Source: Macrostomum lignano (lineage: Eukaryota). From it: DNA of 64,000 bases. Numbering within the stretch: the stretch's first letter is position 1; the number at the start of each line of letters is the position of its first letter. The notes beneath the pieces were generated by a model, which saw only the letters and a program-made list of their open reading frames with translations, searched no databases and was not told the origin of the DNA. Position numbers and translations under genes: made by a program. Below, one piece after another: positions 11,977-23,569 of this stretch. The stretch spans positions 1,485,500-1,549,499 of the forward strand of contig NIVC01000020.1 in the NCBI GenBank assembly GCA_002269645.1, written 5' to 3'.

Positions 11977-12445
11977 CAGGGGCGTCGCCAACGGGGGGGA
12001 CAGGGGGGACATGTCCCCCCCCTGTAAAAGATCTGGGGAGACATGCCAATGCATTGTCCCCCCCCAACCCACCTTGTGGCCCGTTATGGAAATCAATAAT
12101 GTTGCTGCACGGTGACAAAACATAGTGCCTGCGGCGCTAAAATGAGTGCCTGCGGCGCTAAAATGAGTGCCTGCGGCGCTAAAATGAGTGCCTGCGGCGC
12201 TAAAATGAGTGCCTGCGGCGCTAAAATGAGTGCCTGCGGCGCTAAAATGAGTGACCGAGGCGCCAAAATTAGTGCCTGCGGCGCCAGAATGAGTGCCTGC
12301 GGCGCTAAAATAAGTGCCCGTGGCGCAAAAATGAGTGCTGACAACACCGATTCTGAAAATAATATACATGTAAGAATTTAGTCATGTACATGTATAATTA
12401 TTGGCTTTGTCCCCCCCCACCATAAAATCCATGGCGACGCCCCTG
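11977..12445. mobile_element. hAT-like MITE carrying a 21-bp minisatellite
   Basis: 14-bp TIR CAGGGGCGTCGCCA/TGGCGACGCCCCTG. The 8-bp flanks CTTCCATC and CTTGTATC match at 6 of 8 bases. The internal array GCCTGCGGCGCTAAAATGAGT has ~10 copies (12127-12338). Confidence 0.8.
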
Positions 12446-12636
12446 CTTGTATCAAATCTTTTCAGGCGCATTGCCATTGAAACAAAAAACTGTGAAAAAA
12501 TATCCTTTCTTCTGCGCAAAAACTGAAAATTTCGGATATTCAGCTGAAGCGTTTTGAAGCGAAATAAACATTCACTTAAATTTGAAGTTTTCACTTATTT
12601 TACTAGCAGTGGTCCCTGAGTGCTCAGGTGCCTGCT

Positions 12637-14031
12637 CTACGCTACACTCAACAGAGGACGCTCTTCTTGATTGAGTTCATCGCCTGAATAATTACCGTTG
12701 CTCTCATCCTCCTCGCTGAGGACCATCATCTGGTCCGCAGTCGGCAGGATGACGAACTTGTAATAGAAAAAGGTGGCAGTCAGCGTCAGCACGGCGATCA
12801 GGTGGTAGATGAAGAGCAGTGGCTTCGATCCGTTTCGCTCTTTGTTCAGTTCGAATATAATGAAAAACAGTCCCCGACTCAGATAGTTGGCGAACCCCCT
12901 GGCTGTGAACATGACGCCGAGGATCAGGCACTGCGAGCTGTCTGGCAGAAGCGAGCACCCGAGGTCGTAGGCCGCGACCATGACCAGCAGCTCGGCAGCT
13001 CCGTCCAGAACGGACATCAGGGAGTACACGGCCACAGTTGCAGCTGGAGAGCTCAGTCCAACTAGGGTCACAATGATGAGGCAAACATCAACTGAGCACT
13101 TCAGTAGGATTCCAGTCAGAATTCGAATCTTTACGTCCAGCTTCCGTCGACTCTTGACTGCAGCAAATATCAGGGGTACTGCTAGAACTACCAGGGCCAG
13201 ATCTTTCACCCAGTCAGGTGACAGCCACGGCTGGGTCTCAATGTCAATCGTCTCGTTCGTAAAGTATCTCATTTCAGACAGATAAATGGTGGGCCGGTCG
13301 TCATCCAGAAATATCAGAATCAGATTCAGCGCCGAGAAGATCTGGAAGTACTTTAGCATTCTCCTTCTGGTCGGAAGCTCGAAAGGTTCTTCTTCATGAA
13401 TTTCCGGTAAGAGCCCTGTTAGCGCCAGGTAGGCGAGGCTCGCTCCCACGAACACAAAAGTGAAGCTGTTGCCGAGAACATTGGTGGATAAAACATACTT
13501 GTATAGAAAGGTCCCGGACATCAAGTCCCCGAATCCTGCCATGGCATAGTAGATTGATGTCGATACGGTGCAGAATTTGTCATTTCTGTGCCAACAGAAA
13601 AATGCCAGCATAATGTTGGGCTGTACAAGACCAAAGAACACAGGCAGGAGCAGCCACGTTATTACGATTATAGGCGAGTCCTGACACATCAAGCCGAAGT
13701 GCACAGACACGACCAGGAGGACCGTCGAGAGCAGCATTACGATGCCACCGATCTGAAGAACTCTGACGCATCGAATCCAGGCGCTGGACACCAGCCCGCC
13801 CAGCACAGGAAGCAGGTATCTCCCGGTGTACAGCCACAGTGTAGCCGTCCGCATGCCCGAGGGAGCTTCAGCTTGGCTAGCGTTAAAGTAGCACTTCGGC
13901 TCACTGTCGGTCGAAAAGTTGTTCAGCTGGAAGTGGCTCGGATCCAGCGATCTGAACTCGATTTCAACAAGCTTGTATAAAAGCTTCATCACACTGACGA
14001 CAAATATGCAGTTCCGAGCTTGAGTACTCAT
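12637..14031 (-). CDS. SLC15/POT-like transporter, copy 4, 464 aa
   Basis: Intact ORF with the same motif series. Confidence 0.8.
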   Translation of the reverse strand: MSTQARNCIFVVSVMKLLYKLVEIEFRSLDPSHFQLNNFSTDSEPKCYFNASQAEAPSGMRTATLWLYTGRYLLPVLGGLVSSAWIRCVRVLQIGGIVMLLSTVLLVVSVHFGLMCQDSPIIVITWLLLPVFFGLVQPNIMLAFFCWHRNDKFCTVSTSIYYAMAGFGDLMSGTFLYKYVLSTNVLGNSFTFVFVGASLAYLALTGLLPEIHEEEPFELPTRRRMLKYFQIFSALNLILIFLDDDRPTIYLSEMRYFTNETIDIETQPWLSPDWVKDLALVVLAVPLIFAAVKSRRKLDVKIRILTGILLKCSVDVCLIIVTLVGLSSPAATVAVYSLMSVLDGAAELLVMVAAYDLGCSLLPDSSQCLILGVMFTARGFANYLSRGLFFIIFELNKERNGSKPLLFIYHLIAVLTLTATFFYYKFVILPTADQMMVLSEEDESNGNYSGDELNQEERPLLSVA

Positions 14032-14797
14032 GGCTTCAGTTCATGCGATATTCGATTAGTCCTATGTGCTATAATCTGTGCTACAACTACGAGCTTTTGT
14101 AGATGTATTTCCTTGCTTTTACATTTACGCTCGTATGCAGGCTTCTCGCCAACCATTTTGCGCGCCATTGCAGACAAACTAGCGGAATCTGTTCGCCAGT
14201 TACTGCAATTCTTCACTGTGCGACCGACTATCAGCGTACTTGCCCGCTGTGTGGCAGCCTTGGGTAGGACGAGAAAACCCCTCAGCCTCCACCCCGTAGC
14301 CGGTGCCCTGCAGTACGCAGAAGTCGAAAGAGTTGAATAGATGGAATGAAAAATTCAGAGGAGGCACTCTGCCCCCTTATTCAATCCTGCTCCGAGCTCG
14401 GCATTAGAGACCTGTGGCTGCAAGTGAGACAGTCCAGGAAGGATTCACTGGAGTTTGTTTTTCCTAGAGACTGGACATCCGAACCAAGTAAAAATATCCT
14501 CCCACACGACCGTATGTATCAATATGAGCTACCTTTGCAGCCAATATGTAAATGCCTGGGTGCCACGATGCAATGCTGCCTTTCCTTTGGCAATGCTTAA
14601 TTGCCCAACAAAGTCCATATGTGCGCAAGTACAGCAGAAGTAAGAGACATGTGCGTGCATTTCACAGCACACTGGCAGCATCGGACATAAAACAAACACT
14701 GCGTTGATAAAAACTATTTGGGCCTCACTGATGCCAATTATAATTTGCAAGATAGTTTAAAACTGCGCAACCTGCTTCGATCTGTTCTACTACAGCA

Positions 14798-16126
14798 ATG
14801 GAGGGAACTGGAAATCGAGAGTCAGAGTTTGACTCATCCGCTGTAACTCATGTAGCTCTGATTCTCAGTATGAAGCTGTGCAGTCAGGCCGTTCAGGCTT
14901 ACCTTTCGCGCATGGATCCGGAACATTTTCACATGCGCAACGGCAGCTGCTATCTAGATGGAGCTCAGGTCGCCGAGAATTTAGCTCACGCTACCGAGTT
15001 CTGGGCCTCTCTTCTCCCTGTGTTGGGCGGCCTACTTTCATCTATCTGTCTGGGATACATCTCTGTGATGCAGCTAGGCGGCTTTGGGTTCATCTTGAGC
15101 TCTGTGCTCATGTCCATTGCCGAAAGCATGGACTGGATGTGCAGCCATCCCAAGCTCAGCCATGCACTGTGGGTCCTGCCGACACTGAGCGCCGGCATCG
15201 CCGAGCCGGCCATCGTCTACGGAGCATTTCGGTGGCACGGGCAATGTCCCAGAATCCGCACCATGGTTATCGCGCTGCTGTTCCTGTGTGACAAAGTCGG
15301 CGAGCACGTCGGCACCTTACCTTGGCCGGAAATCTTAGGAACAAATCACATCCTATTTGCCATCGCATCGAGCATTGTCTACACTATTCTGTCAATCTCT
15401 TTGCAAGAGTATTCGCACGAGAGTCCTTACAGAATACCAACTTTCAACCGCATCGTACGGTACGCAAAGATCTTCTCCTCTCTGACTATATTCACAGCAG
15501 TGCAGGCTGACTACCACTGGAGGATCTACGCCCAGGAACTAAAAGTTCTCGTTGGGATAGATCTCAAAGACTGGAGCCTGTCGTTGAGGTCCCCGAGTGT
15601 CTTCGGATTGGCTGGGTTTTTCTCGTGCGTCATCGCCACAGTGGCTCTCAGCCGCCAATTTTCTCTGCCCATTCAGCTCAGGATATATGCAGGCATTGTT
15701 TTGGGGCTGCTCAGCTCCACCTTTCTTGCAATTTTCACCGCGGCTTTCGCCGCTTCAAGTGATCCCAGCCTGCTAAACATCTGGCTGCTGGTCTCACTAT
15801 GCGATGGCGTTGCGTACTGTCTCATCACGGTGGCCTATTTTGAGTTCACGGACTCCATCACGAGCCAGGAGTTCAAGCCGTTTGTTATTGGCATCTTGCT
15901 CACCATCTGGGGCATCGGCGGCGCTTTCAGCGAGCTTTCTCGCCAGCTGTTCGACAATGTGCCCATCGACAATCCGATCGGCAAGCCGGCTGCTGGCAGG
16001 AAGCCGCTGTTTTTTGTGTACCACTTGTTCGCGGTTGGGCTACTGGCTGGCAGCCTCCTCTACCACAGGTTCTTGTCGCTTAAATGGTCCGAAACACTTC
16101 TTTCGGAATCAGAAGATACTATCTGA
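14798..16126 (+). CDS. SLC15/POT-like transporter, copy 5 (most divergent), 442 aa
   Basis: MKLCSQ, DPEHF, LLPVLGGLLSSICLG, RYAKIFSSL and KPLFFVYHLFA are all present. A 3' splice-type site (CTACTACAG) lies 2 nt before the ATG. Confidence 0.75.
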   Translation: MEGTGNRESEFDSSAVTHVALILSMKLCSQAVQAYLSRMDPEHFHMRNGSCYLDGAQVAENLAHATEFWASLLPVLGGLLSSICLGYISVMQLGGFGFILSSVLMSIAESMDWMCSHPKLSHALWVLPTLSAGIAEPAIVYGAFRWHGQCPRIRTMVIALLFLCDKVGEHVGTLPWPEILGTNHILFAIASSIVYTILSISLQEYSHESPYRIPTFNRIVRYAKIFSSLTIFTAVQADYHWRIYAQELKVLVGIDLKDWSLSLRSPSVFGLAGFFSCVIATVALSRQFSLPIQLRIYAGIVLGLLSSTFLAIFTAAFAASSDPSLLNIWLLVSLCDGVAYCLITVAYFEFTDSITSQEFKPFVIGILLTIWGIGGAFSELSRQLFDNVPIDNPIGKPAAGRKPLFFVYHLFAVGLLAGSLLYHRFLSLKWSETLLSESEDTI

Positions 16127-16406
16127 TCTCAGAAACTTTGACGAGTCTTTTAGTAGCAGATTCGGTATGAAGTATGCAAAACGTATCTATATGTTGTTCA
16201 AAAGACACAAATGCTTTGCTTTATTGAGGCTTTCTATTAATAAAACCAACAGTCAATACAATAAAAAGCTTTTCAATGTAGCTCGTAATTACAAATCCTT
16301 TGTTATAAATACTTCGTGGTGACAGAAAGCAGACACATCATATGTATGGATAGTATATTCGCACGCATGTGCATCCGAAAGTCATGTCACATAGAGATGT
16401 CTGCAA

Positions 16407-17372
16407 GGACCACTAGAAGTTACCGTTGTATCAGGATGCAACGCGCCCATTTCGCCAATCCCTGGCGACGGACGCAACACTTGCAAATGTTGAAAAATTA
16501 TTTGAAGGCCGCTTGTCTGCATTGCAGCTAAACTTTAAATGCTCATTACTCCAGATCAGTTGCACTTACGAGCTAGAATGATAATTTTTCGCCAGGTGGT
16601 TTGAACTTTTGTTCTCTTTAACATGATGCTAAGTTTGGCGCTACCTGCTATATCCACATGTAGGAACGGCAGGCGTACAGAGTAATGGCTAAAGTAATAT
16701 TTCACTGCAGTCTCAGTTTCAGTTATTTCAACCATTGCTTCCTAGTCTCGACAAAGTAGCGGACCAACCGTATCCTGCAGTTTGGAGGATTTAAAAGGCA
16801 AATAATCTGTACAGTGTTGAATAGGCTGCAAAGAAATCTATATACACTTCACTAACAAAATCAGTAAGGCAATTCTGAAATATTGGCACACCAGCCCAAC
16901 ATGGACTTCAACATTCAAAATATTTCTATTATTGTTTAAATGAACACTGGGAGTCAATTAAAAACTTGTACAGTATTTACAAATTTATTTGCATTCAACT
17001 TCGCTTTCAATCAGAACCTCTATAATTTGATAACTTTGTCATAACAGCTAAAGCTTATGAAACAATACGAGTATATTGGTTTAACTACTTTTCTTTGTTA
17101 GAAAGTTATTTAGAAACTCATATGCTAATTTTCTCGAGCTTTGTTGAACTAGTAGTAGTATGTGGCAGTAGGTTTAACATTAATAAATAATACACACACA
17201 CCGATTCTAGAGCTTGTGAGGCTCAAAGGTTTCTTTAAAACAGTCGTCTAGGATGCTTTTTTTGAAGGCAAACATCGCTGAAAACACATAAACAAGCTGG
17301 CCTTCAAATATGAATAATTTTGCTATATTTACGAGTGTTACGTCCGGATACAACGGTAACTTCTAGTGGTCC
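16407..17372. repeat. Old dispersed inverted repeat (possible decayed MITE)
   Basis: GGACCACTAGAAGTTACCGTTGTATC at 16407 is inverted at 17343-17372. TATTTGAAGGCC-GCTTGT at ~16500 is inverted at ~17290. Confidence 0.55.
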
Positions 17373-18120
17373 TCGGATGTCTGCTCATTTTACATGAGCA
17401 AACCTCTCTTTGTGCCAAGACTGGAAAATCTATGAAAAGGCATAGGCACACAGATAAACAAATGTACTTCAGTATCATCCTGAAGACCAGCTCGTCAACT
17501 ATGAACTAAACAGTACGAAAATTGGCTCACAATGGGCTTTTGCCGAGTTGAATGTGCCATAATTGGTATTTTTATTACTTTGATCATAGTAAGATCTGCT
17601 GTGCAAAGATATCGACATGACATCAGAGAAGACGATTAAGATTACCTATTAACTCGTCCTTGCATCTGGGATCGCCGATTGCTCTTACTCGTTTGTCTTG
17701 ATGTGACGACTGCTCCCCAGACTGGAGAAACTGGAGTCATACGAACCGCACTGCTAAAGTAAAGTTCTTACTTTCTCTGCATTAAATGAAGGTTAAAAGT
17801 CCAATTGGTGCCATAAGGCGCTTTGAAAGTCATCAGCTCCCAGCCGGCCACAAAGTTCAGTGGGTAATCAGCAAGCTTACATGAACTGACAGCTGACTGC
17901 TAAAACCTGACTCGTGCTTTCAACCGCAGTGGCAAGCTGAAACTGAAGGAGCAGATTAGCAATTTGACCTTTGCAGTTGAGGCGAAGCTCTTCAAATAAA
18001 ACAGATAAGATACAAGAGTGAAATTTTCATTACATAACAGAACGACTCTGAAATAAGACGGCTCCGCTTTCACCATTCATTGCGGAGTTTTACACCTGAA
18101 CTGATCCTACCGGTGCAGCA

Positions 18121-19734
18121 ATGAGCCGCGAGTTCCTCCTGGAAGAGAAGATCATCGCCGTCAAGAAGTCGCACTTCGAAGGCGTTGGAGTGGTCGGTGG
18201 CTTGGACAGAGGTACCAAAGATTATTACTTTGCTATAATTTCTCTTTACTAAACATACCAATACTGTAAGCGATCAATACCAATACTGAAATCTCGATAC
18301 CACCAGGCTGCACGCTGACAAAGGTCCTGTTCAGCACCGTGAAGGATGATGAGCATTACAACCTGCACTTCGCTCTGTTCAAGAACTCTCACTTCGAGGC
18401 CGGCTTGGACTACCTAAAGGAGAAGGGCATGGTTGTTCAGGTTCCCGGAGCGAAGCTGCACGTCACTGGAGCTGGTTGCGACATGAACCGCGAGCTGATC
18501 AAGCAGAAGCTGGGACTCGAGTACGTTGAATTGTGCATTTTGTTTCTTATGAGTCACTTTTAGAGGAAGAAGGTCAATCATGGGTGAATAGTCTAAGCTT
18601 TGCATCCCAGTAATGTGCTGCACACTCCCACTTTAGAATCCAATTCATCAACGAGTTCCTTACGCAAGGCCGCGGCACCCACTGGCTGCTTAGCTGCGCT
18701 GATGACTCCGAGATCTGCTACCCGGAGCCTGAGATCGATTTATCGGAGTTTGAGAGCCTCAAGTCGAACAACTTCCTTGATCAACTAGTGAAGAAGTGGA
18801 AGCGGGACATCGGTGAACCTATTGAGGGGCAGAAGTTTCCCTGCGTCATGCTTTTCATGGGATCTGGCGCCGGCATTCTCAGGGCAAGTTGTCAATCAAA
18901 TATGCGGGAAACTGAGAAGGATCTGGCGTAATCGGAGCACACAATCTTATGGAGTATGTCACGCAAATTTGCTTTCTCAGATCGAGGAGAACGGAATGTC
19001 CGACATGGTCGGCGGCGTCTGGTTCGCTGGTCGCAGCTTCCTTGGCCTGAGCAAGCTGCTGCTGGGCACCGATGACTACGATGAGATCCTGGAGCTGGCC
19101 AGCAAAGGCAAGCGAAACAGCGTCGATACGGAGGTCAAGGACGTCATTGCCAACGATCCGAACTCGCCGTACGGCCAGTTTCCGCCGAATCTTCCCATAT
19201 TTTCGTTCGGCAAAGTGATCGACACCGACAAGAAGCGTAAGCTGTATCAGAATTTTGGTCTCTTGAAGTTTTATGCCTGTGTATTTGCTTTATGAAATAA
19301 AGGGAGCAATTTGATTGGCTTCTTGCATGCAGTATCTGACCTGTCTCGCGAAGACCTCGCCAACTCGCTGGTGTTCAGCTTCGCCTACAACGCATTCAGC
19401 CAGCTGGCGCTGGTAGCCCAGACCTCAAAAGTGTCCAAACTGTACATGGGTGGCAACTTCTTCCGTCACGAGCTCATCCGGAGCGAGATTGTGAAGACAA
19501 TGCGGCTCTTCACAGGCGTAAGTGTGCTAGATTTCTGTGGTTGGCAGACAATTTTCTTAGAAATAATGTCTCTTTTTGCTTGCAAATTGTCAGGACGCAA
19601 TCGCGGTGAATTTCGTGAAGACTGGTCACACCGGAGCCATTGGCGCCATGATCAGCAAGCCGGAGGACGAGCTCAAGTACCTGGCCTTCATGCAGCAGGC
19701 TGAGCAGCAACCGACTCAGGGAGCAAGCTCTTGA
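18121..19734 (+). CDS. Divergent type II pantothenate-kinase-like (fumble/ASKHA) kinase, paralogue A; exons 18121-18211, 18307-18520, 18637-18883, 18981-19236, 19333-19517, 19594-19734 (377 aa)
   Basis: The spliced frame is open throughout. Motifs and their PanK counterparts: GLDRGCTLTK (DIGGTLxK), VTGAG (TGGG), INEF (DEL), FMGSG (NIGSG), ELASKGKRNSVDTEVKD, FSFGK, SREDLA, GGNFFR and TGAIGAM. Confidence 0.85.
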
Positions 19735-20040
19735 CTGATTGATTGATTTATGAATGATCAATAGCCAGAAACTTCTCTATTTTATTCTATAAGAACATTA
19801 TAGCGGTATGAGATATCACATCTCTATGATTGTTATAGTAAATGCTTTAGTTCAGTTGTGATTTTCTATAAACAGTTATTTAGATTATAGTGTAACAATG
19901 TTTACAAGCACGAAAGTATCTAATAGTCCTCACCTATTCAAAATAGCAACTGCAAATACATCAATGGTGTCCATGCACGCTAAATCCATTCAACGAGCTC
20001 TTCAAAGACATTTCGAAAGAGACTGAGAGGTTTCAAAACG

Positions 20041-20643
20041 GAGTTAAGGCACAGAGCAGAGCCCGGATCCGAGCGGAGTCGAGGCACAGAGCAGAGCCCG
20101 GATCCGAGCGGAGTTGAGGCACAGAGCAGAGCCCGGATCCGAGCGGAGTCGAGGCACTGAGCAGAGCCCGGATCCGAGCGGAGTTGAGGCACTGAGCAGA
20201 GCCCGGATCCGAGCGGAGTTGAGGCACTGAGCAGAGCCCGGATCCGAGCGGAGTTGAGGCACAGAGCAGAGCCCGGATCCGAGCGGAGTCGAGGCACAGA
20301 GCAGAGCCCGGATCCGAGCGGAGTTGAGGCACTGAGCAGAGCCCGGATCCGAGCGGAGTTGAGGCACTGAGTGGAGCCTGGATCCGAGCGGAGTCGAGGC
20401 ACAGAGCAGAGCCTGGATCCGAGCGGAGTTGAGGCACTGAGTGGAGCCTGGATCCGAGCGGAGTCGAGGCACAGAGCAGAGCCCGGATCCGAGCGGAGTT
20501 GAGGCACAGAGCAGAGCCCGGATCCGAGCGGAGTTGAGGCACAGAGCAGAGCCCGGATCCGAGCGGAGTTGAGGCACAGAGCAGAGCCCGGATCCGAGCG
20601 GAGTTGAGGCACAGAGCAGAGCCCGGATCCGAGCGGAGTCGAG
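20041..20643. repeat. 35-bp minisatellite (GAGCGGAGTTGAGGCACAGAGCAGAGCCCGGATCC), ~17 copies
   Basis: Head-to-tail units with point variants and no unique spacers. Confidence 0.97.
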
Positions 20644-21448
20644 GTGCGGAGTGGGGTCAGAATTTTGGTCCAGTTTACGTATCTGCGGATAAATAAAGGC
20701 CTTGACTTGGTTTTATTGTGGAGTATCATTCATAAAGTCGCTGTTACTTGGCACAGGGCCGCTTGACAATCGAAAGCGTATCTGCTATCATATTAGGGTG
20801 TTAATAGCTAAGAAAAGTCAGCAAAAGACGCTTGAGCACAAGGTCGCAGCTAAATTGACACACTGGTACAATCTCTGTGCCAGTACAAATGAGGGCACAC
20901 CAATACGAACTGGGACCAGCAGTTAAAGAATTTACCAGGCGATCAGTTGTTGCTCTACCCGTGCACTTTGCTGGGCAAATAGCGCATAATGAGACAGCAG
21001 CTGATTAGATACGGGCTATTGGGCTCATCGAGAGCTTTGACTCGCCTGACAACACGAAAGGTTTCGCCTGCGTCCCAAGGAGCTGGGCTGGAGTTGAATT
21101 AAATTATCTTATTTCATTGCTTTGCCTGAAAACAAAGAAAACTCGAAGAGCGGCTGCTCAAGCCAACACAAGTTCATTGCACAGAATTGGAAATGCGTTT
21201 AGAAAGAGGCAGGTCTGTAATCAAAAGTGAGAGCTCGAGCTATCGAGCCTGAGCTGCGCCAAATATGGGAGTGGAGCAACGATAAGAAGAAAGAAATCGA
21301 CCAAAAGGAGCAAGCAGACGCGATAAGAGAAAGTTAGCGCTATTCGTTACTTAAACAAGCGTACTTGATTCCCCGTGTCTGCCGCTTCACTAAGTATTCG
21401 TTTATAGAAATTTTTTTTTGATTCGCAGTACCACCCGCAGGTGCATCA

Positions 21449-23040
21449 ATGAGCCGCGAGTTCCTCCTGGAAGAGAAGATCATCGCCGTCAAGAAGTCGC
21501 ACTTCGAAGGCGTTGGAGTGGTCGGTGGCTTGGACAGAGGTACCAAATATTATTATGCAACACTATTTTTAACTAAACATACCAATATTGGTACTTGTGC
21601 CTGTAAGCGTATTTTAAATCTCGGTGCCACCAGGCTGCACGCTGACAAAGGTCCTGTTCAGCACCGTGAAGGATGATGAGCATTACAACCTGCACTTCGC
21701 TCTGTTCAAGAACTCTCACTTCGAGGCCGGCTTGGACTACCTGAAGGAGAAGGGCATGGTTGTTCAGGTACCCGGAGCGAAGCTGCACGTCACTGGAGCT
21801 GGTTGCGACATGCACCGCGAGCTGATCAAGCAGAAGCTGGGACTCGAGTACGTCCCACTGAAGCAATGAGCACACAGAAGTTGGATTGGTAATTAACTCT
21901 TGCTGCAAAACTGTCTCTCCCCTATTCAGAATCCAATTCATCAACGAGTTCCTCACGCAAGGCCGCGGCACCCACTGGCTAATAGGGTGCGCTGATGACT
22001 CCGAGATCTGCTACCCGGAGCCCGAGCTGGATATGTCCGAGTTTGAGGGCCTCCAAGCAAACAACTTCCTACAAAAACTAATTGAAAAGGCTAAGAAAGA
22101 CCTCGGAGAGCCCATAGAGGGCCAGAAGTTTCCCTGCATGATGCTGTTCATGGGATCTGGTGGTGGAATAATGAAGGTCAGTTAAAATGGAAGACTTTTG
22201 TAGAAGAATATGCAATAACAGCAAAGTTCACTTGGATCATTCGGTTTAAACAACAAAAAATCAGATCGAGGAGAACGGAATGTCTGACATGGTCGGTGGA
22301 CTTTGGTTCGCCGGTCGCAGCTTCCTTGGCCTGAGCAAGCTGCTGCTGGGCACCGATGACTACGATGAGATCCTGGAGCTGGCCAGCAAGGGAAGGCGAA
22401 ACAATGTCGATACGGAGGTGAAGGACGTCCTTGCCAACGATCCGAACTCGCCGTACGGTCAGCTTCCGCCGAACCTTCCTGTCTTTCCGTTCGGCAAGGC
22501 GGTTGATACTGACAAGACACGTAAGGGTGTAAAGCACATGTTTAGGAGTGGAAAAGTACGTATGACTGAGTGAAAGTCAACAAAGTTATTACATTGGACC
22601 CTAACCCATTAATACAGTGGCTGACCTGAGCCGAGAAGACTTGGCGAACTCCATCGTGTTCAGCTTTGCGTACAACGCATTCACAAACTTGGCTTTGGCG
22701 GCTCAGACTTCCAAGATCCCCAAGCTCTACATGGGCGGCAACTTTTTTCGCCACGAGCTCATTCGAGCCGAGATTCTTAAGAGCGTGCGCCTTTTCACTG
22801 GCGTAAGCTTCGTTCATTATTCGTAAATATTTTTTGAAAACCAGACTTGCCTTTTATCGATTCAAAACTGTTTACTGCTGATGCAATTCGCAGGAGTCAA
22901 TCGCGCTGAATTTTCTGATTACTGGCCACACTGGAGCCATTGGCGCCATGATCAGCAAGCCGGAGGACGAGTTCAAGTACCTGGCCTTCATGCAGCAGCA
23001 GGCTCAGCAGGCGCCCGACGGAGCCAACTCTCCAGCTTGA
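21449..23040 (+). CDS. Pantothenate-kinase-like kinase, paralogue B; exons 21449-21539, 21634-21847, 21930-22176, 22265-22520, 22618-22802, 22894-23040 (379 aa)
   Basis: Exons 1-5 have the same lengths as in paralogue A (91/214/247/256/185) and all introns are GT-AG. The spliced frame is open, and AATAAA lies at ~23209. Confidence 0.85.
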
Positions 23041-23569
23041 CCAATGGTGGCTGATTGGGACTGAGCATGTTTGAACTTTTCGAATTGTTGCAATACAAAG
23101 AATTCTTAAGATTTAGATTATATTCATGTTTTTGCACTTGCTGATTTATTTCTGGTATGCTACTCCTACCGAGCTTGGTTGATGAGCGTACAGCCCATAC
23201 TTTATTAAAAATAAAGACTACGCTCGTACCAGTATTTCTGAGAAAATTTAATCAGTCTAAAGTCTCTTCCAGAAAAACCCAGAAAATGCCTGCACTTGTA
23301 CAGGTGTAGAGCAGCTATGTACAATATTCATAGCCACCGCTGCACAATACGAATACACTAGCTGCTATTTAAGTACAGTGCGCACATTGATACAATAATG
23401 TACGCTTCCTATTGCTCTTATTTCAACCCTTTAACGAAATAGACCCGGCTTTCTCACCTAAACAATCGAGTGCTCGCATTCTCGATGCAATAAAATAAAC
23501 TGCTCGCTGCACGGTCAGGCATCAGAACTTTGCGCAGCGGAATCTGTCCTCACAATAACCGATTGAAGA

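Noticed and set aside
20041-20643. 35-bp repeats as a CRISPR array
   Set aside because: The units are contiguous with no unique spacers, there are no cas genes, and the context is eukaryotic. The same applies to the other arrays.
18121-23040. Recent bacterial horizontal transfer or contamination for the PanK-like genes
   Set aside because: Some motifs (EF, GAIGA) look CoaW-like, but each gene has five spliceosomal introns and host-like composition. An ancient transfer cannot be judged without a phylogeny.
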